Of a stretch of DNA of 56,236 bases, positions 52,265 through 56,236 are shown piece after piece (position 1 is the stretch's first letter; the number at the start of each line of letters is the position of its first letter). A program made the translations under genes and the position numbers. Source of the stretch: Thelocarpon superellum (lineage: Eukaryota); contig JAPEUG010000073.1 of NCBI GenBank assembly GCA_026025795.1, forward strand, positions 1 to 56,236. Direction: 5' to 3'. The notes beneath the pieces were generated by a model. The model worked only from the letters and a program-made list of their open reading frames with translations, had not been told where the DNA came from and did not search any database.

Positions 52265-53199
52265 ATGCCTGCGCCCACCGCACTGCGGAGATGGCCTGGG
52301 GAGTTGTCAGAAGCGCAGAGGGTGCCTCTGCCAGAGACAGGTAGGAAAAGCCGCAGTTGGGTCAGGCGGACTATGGTGACTGACGGTTCGATAGAAGATG
52401 CTGAGTTACAGGAAGATGCCCCCGGCACTGCGACAACCGACCTTGTCCCCACCCGGGTAGACGTGCTCGCGTACCCGGAGCCGGAGATGCACATCGATGA
52501 AGAAGGCCGACCGCGATTTGCGCCGGCACAAGAGACCGTACGTGCGGCAGCCTCTGACCAGGCAGAGTGCCCCACTGACGAGCGCCAGGATGGACCCCAT
52601 CGGGTGGAGACACGCAAGGTGCCGATCCCACCACATCGCATGACGCCATTGAAGGCCTCGTGGCCGAAGATCTACCCGCCCTTGGTAGAACATCTCAAGC
52701 TTCAGGTGCGGATGAACGTCAAGAATCGTGCCGTGGAGCTACGGTCGTCCAAGCACACGACGGACTCCGGGGCTTTGCAGAAGGGCGAGGACTTTGTCAA
52801 GGCCTTTAGCCTGGGCTTTGACGTCGACGACGCCATCGCCTTACTCCGTTTGGACGAGCTCTACATCGAGACGTTTGAGATCAAGGATGTCAAGACCCTG
52901 CACGGGGAGCATCTCGGGAGAGCCATCGGCCGGATCGCGGGCAAGGACGGAAAGACCAAGTTCGCCATCGAGAACGCCAGTCGGACCAGAGTCGTATTGG
53001 CCGATCAGAAGATTCATATTCTGGGTGGCTTCCGCAATATTCACGTTGCGCGAGAGGCCATTGTAAGCCTAATCTTGGGCAGCCCTCCGGTGCGTGGCAC
53101 ACGGCCCATTGGCTGATGTCACAATTCACTGACGTGATACAGAGCAAGGTCTACGGGAATCTTCGGACCGTTGCTGCTCGCATGAAGGAGCGATTCTAA
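52265..53199 (+). CDS. PNO1: Pre-rRNA-processing KH protein Pno1/Dim2 (4 exons)
   Basis: RKVPIPPHRMTPLK, GFDVDDAIALLRLD, RAIGRIAGKDGKTKFAIEN, LILGSPP|SKVYGNLRTVAARMKERF*. Confidence 0.96.
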
Positions 53200-53369
53200 T
53201 GAGAACACGACGGCTTTGCATCTGGCGGCGTGTACAGAGAAACGATCAGGGTGGTCTCGTCATTTCTCGGTGGGTGCTGCTGGATCATCTAGCTCCGGCT
53301 CATGTCCATTGCTCCGCGGGATAGTAACCCTTCGTCCTTCCATGCGGGGTGAAATCGAGCCAGTCCGAC

Positions 53370-53720
53370 TCATGAATCCGCTGAAATGTACATGACTGTG
53401 GCATGGTTAGCGAATTCGTTCCCCACGGGTGTGGTACAGCAGCGTGCCATTATTGCCTCGAACAAAGGCGTCGCCGTAGTTGCGCCGCATGGCACCGTCG
53501 ACATATTCCTCGGTCTTTTCCAGGGCAATATTCATGTAGCCATCCACGGATTGTAGCTCCCCTGACCAGCAAGCATGTTAGCCTGGGGCGATTCGAGAAA
53601 TGTGCGAAATGTACCTTTGTAGACGACGCCCGAGTTAAGCTTGACGGTGACAGGGGCACCGATAATCTCGCTCAGGAACCCCGAGGGATCTCGACCGTCT
53701 GATGTAGCCCCGTTCTCCAT
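53370..53720 (-). CDS. LSM6: U6 snRNA-associated Sm-like protein Lsm6 (3 exons)
   Basis: DPSGFLSEIIGAPVTVKLNSGVVYK|GELQSVDGYMNIALE..YGDAFVRGNN|VMYIS; the second intron is GC-AG, 53396-53447. Confidence 0.95.
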
Positions 53721-54014
53721 CCCGAGGGCCGACGTGCGTTTATCGTGAAGCGTGGATGAGGCAGCAGAATGGGTGAAGGGGGGCGATGGGAAGGAGCAGA
53801 GTTACCCGGTGGCAGTAACACGCCCGACCCGCCCGACACGCCGAGCGCACGGACCCACATCTGCAGCTCGGCGAGCCGGCCCAGTCGATCGACGTCGACT
53901 CCAAGACTCTAGACGTGGGCGTGGTCTTGCTTTATTGCTGTGCAACATGCGGGATGCCGCTCTCGAGTGACTTATGTGGTCGTTTGATCCCAGTCAAGCT
54001 TGGCATGCAGTATC

Positions 54015-55508
54015 ATGGACGCCGCCGGCAAGCCTGGGGCGGTCAAACGCTCACTCTTCAATCGACCATCGTGGGCCAAGGCTCAAAACACGACGGAGCC
54101 AGTCGACTTCAGCCGGTCCAAGGTGATCTACTCCGACATTGTGCGGGAGCAAGAAGAGCGACGAAAGAAGAAACAGGCACGCCGCGAACGCTTGCGGCAG
54201 CAACAGAGTGGCGAGGACGACGCGCGCGAGGGGAAGCGCCGGAGAATCTCGTTGGACAGCGAGAAAGAAGACGAGGAAGACGATAGCAGTTCGGACGATG
54301 ATGACTCGAACCCCGTGGTGTCTGCGCGGAGGCGAGTGATCATTGTGCCTCCCTCTTGTGTCTCGGCTTGCTAACCATGACGCTGCAGAAAGGCGCAGGC
54401 GGCCGCGTTGGCAGATTCGGAAGACGACGAGAGGCCTGCGGCGCCGCCGGTAGACTACGAGGATGACTCTCCCGCGCCACTACCAACACGACGGAAAGAG
54501 TCGTCAAGTGCGCCGGGGAAGAAGAATCCTGAGCCGATCCTGCTCTCCTCAGATGACGATGACATCCCCCGACCTTCACCTCTCAATCCCCCCTCGACGA
54601 CGACAGATGCTTCCGCCCCCGTGGCAGGATCGATCGTCGATGATGATAGTCCAGCGTCGGACGAAGAGTTTCCCGAGCTTGCCCGCAAGGCCCGGGAGCG
54701 ACAGCGCCGGCTGCGAGAAGAGGGCAGAGGGACAAACGGGGAGGCGTCCGCGTCGCGATCTGACGAGAAGACTGGCTCACGACATTCCGATCAGCCTTCC
54801 CCCGATTCCTCGGTCAGCATCTTTGTCACATCTCGGATCGCCCATACCAAGCCACTGTTGGTCCAGCTGAGATTGCAGCAGCGTCTCAAGGACCTCCGGC
54901 TGGCGTGGTGCGGCAAGCAGGGCTTCGACGACGAGGCCGCCAGCGCGGTCTTCCTGACCTGGCGCGGCATTCGGCTGTTTGACGTCACGACGTGCAAGAG
55001 CCTCGGAGTTGGCGTCGATCGCGATGGTACCGTCGTGCATCACGGCACCCGCGATCGTTTGGGAGACTTGGACCGACAGATTCACATGGAGGCGCTGACG
55101 GAGGAGATCATGGAGGAAGATCGCAAGAAGCGCGAAAAGGAGCAGCAGGGGCCTGACGAGGATGAGGATCACGGTACATCACAATCGCAGAGCCAGCCCT
55201 TGGAACCGAGGGAGCAGATCCGGGTGATGTTGAAGAGCAAAGGCTACGACGATTTCAAACTCATCGTGCGACCGGTGAGTCTTAGTGAAAAGCTCCGTCT
55301 TTTCTCTTCTCATGGGATCATGCACTAAGGAGGCGGCGAGCAGACGACTAAAATCTCTCAAATCGTGCACGCCTTCCGGCTGTCACGAAGCGTTGGCGCG
55401 GAGCAGGAGGTCTTTTTGGTCTTTGATGGCGATCGACTGGATCCTGAGCACATGGTCACCGAGACGGAGATTGCGGACTTGGACCGAATCGATGTTCATG
55501 TCAAGTAG
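54015..55508 (+). CDS. Esc2/Rad60-like protein with tandem SUMO-like domains (3 exons)
   Basis: KRSLFNRPSWA N-terminus; IFVTSRIAHTKPL..VFLTWRGIRLFDVTTCKSLG; C-terminal LVFDGDRLDP..IADLDRIDVHVK*. Confidence 0.88.
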
Positions 55509-55664
55509 GGTCCTTACTCCATACGCAAGATGTATTCGTACGCAGCATGGTGATGAAAGGAGAGCATGATATTGTGAAGAAGAATGCATTCTCAATGACC
55601 ACAAACAGCCCGATACGCCCGTCGAGCCCAATCCCAATCGCGGCCCGATGACAAGTCCCTCCAC

Positions 55665-56110
55665 TCACCTCCACGCTTCCAATTTGCATTTGCATTTCTC
55701 ATCCGTCTGTCTGCATCTCAGCACCCAATAGCACTGCAGTCGTGGCCTGTAGCCTCCTTTGATGGCGTTATGAATGATGTCTTTGCCAATGGGACCTTGT
55801 ACCTCGCTGGTGTTGAAATTGACCGAGCCGTCTCCATTCGGCGTGCATGACCAGTTCCTTGTCATGGACAAGCATGCTCGCAGGTGGCAAAACATCATCT
55901 GACATTCCTGTCCTTCAGCCTCCCATCCTCCATACGCCTGGGTGAAGGAGTAGCGGGTCAAGACGCCGTCGGGCGTTGTTCCGTTGAACAAGATATGTCT
56001 AATGTCTCCAATGGCGACACCTGGACAACTGTAACCGCGCTCCAGGATCGCAGCGCTTGATTCCAGTCCGATGGTTTAGCAAAGATGGCGAGGATGGCGG
56101 AAGGCTTCAT
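55665..56110 (-). pseudogene. Frameshifted small secreted cysteine-rich protein
   Basis: ATG at 56110 gives MKPSAILAIFA; a frame change at about 56075-56080 continues TIGLESSAAILERGYSC... into the 55665-55991 ORF (9 Cys in total). Confidence 0.55.
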
Positions 56111-56236
56111 CGTGGACGCGGTCTACGTGGCGCGTTCAAGGGCGGGTAGCGATTCTCGTTGGCGGGCCAAGAGAGAGAGAGGATGGTGAAGCTCGACTGG
56201 ATTCTTCGTTCGTGGAGTTCTGGGTAGTGTAGGAGC

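Overview
GC-rich, intron-containing genomic DNA from a filamentous ascomycete (Pezizomycotina). Introns are short, with CTRAC-type branch points. I can model about 25 protein-coding loci by hand. Most are housekeeping genes: IDH1, SVP26, BUD23, a Bem3-like RhoGAP, RIB4, GFA1, large-subunit catalase, a small HSP, SDH6, PRE4, HCNGP-like, PRE7, MDM31, PNO1, LSM6 and Esc2/Rad60-like. The window also holds an alpha-factor-like pheromone precursor with 4 copies of QFCWRPGQSCG. A 928-bp internally deleted Ty3/gypsy element (90-bp LTR, PBS, 4-bp TSD) lies just upstream of IDH1. A gene-sparse accessory block (about 18-30 kb) carries an OTT_1508-like deaminase and an Mx-like dynamin GTPase. The most unusual signals are a candidate U2-type AT-AC intron in a histidine-phosphatase gene, three GC-AG introns, a possible mitochondria-targeted isoform of the small HSP, and a frameshifted secreted Cys-rich protein at the right edge. 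All calls come from reading the sequence and recognising motifs; no database searches were run. No tRNA, rRNA or CRISPR array was recognised.
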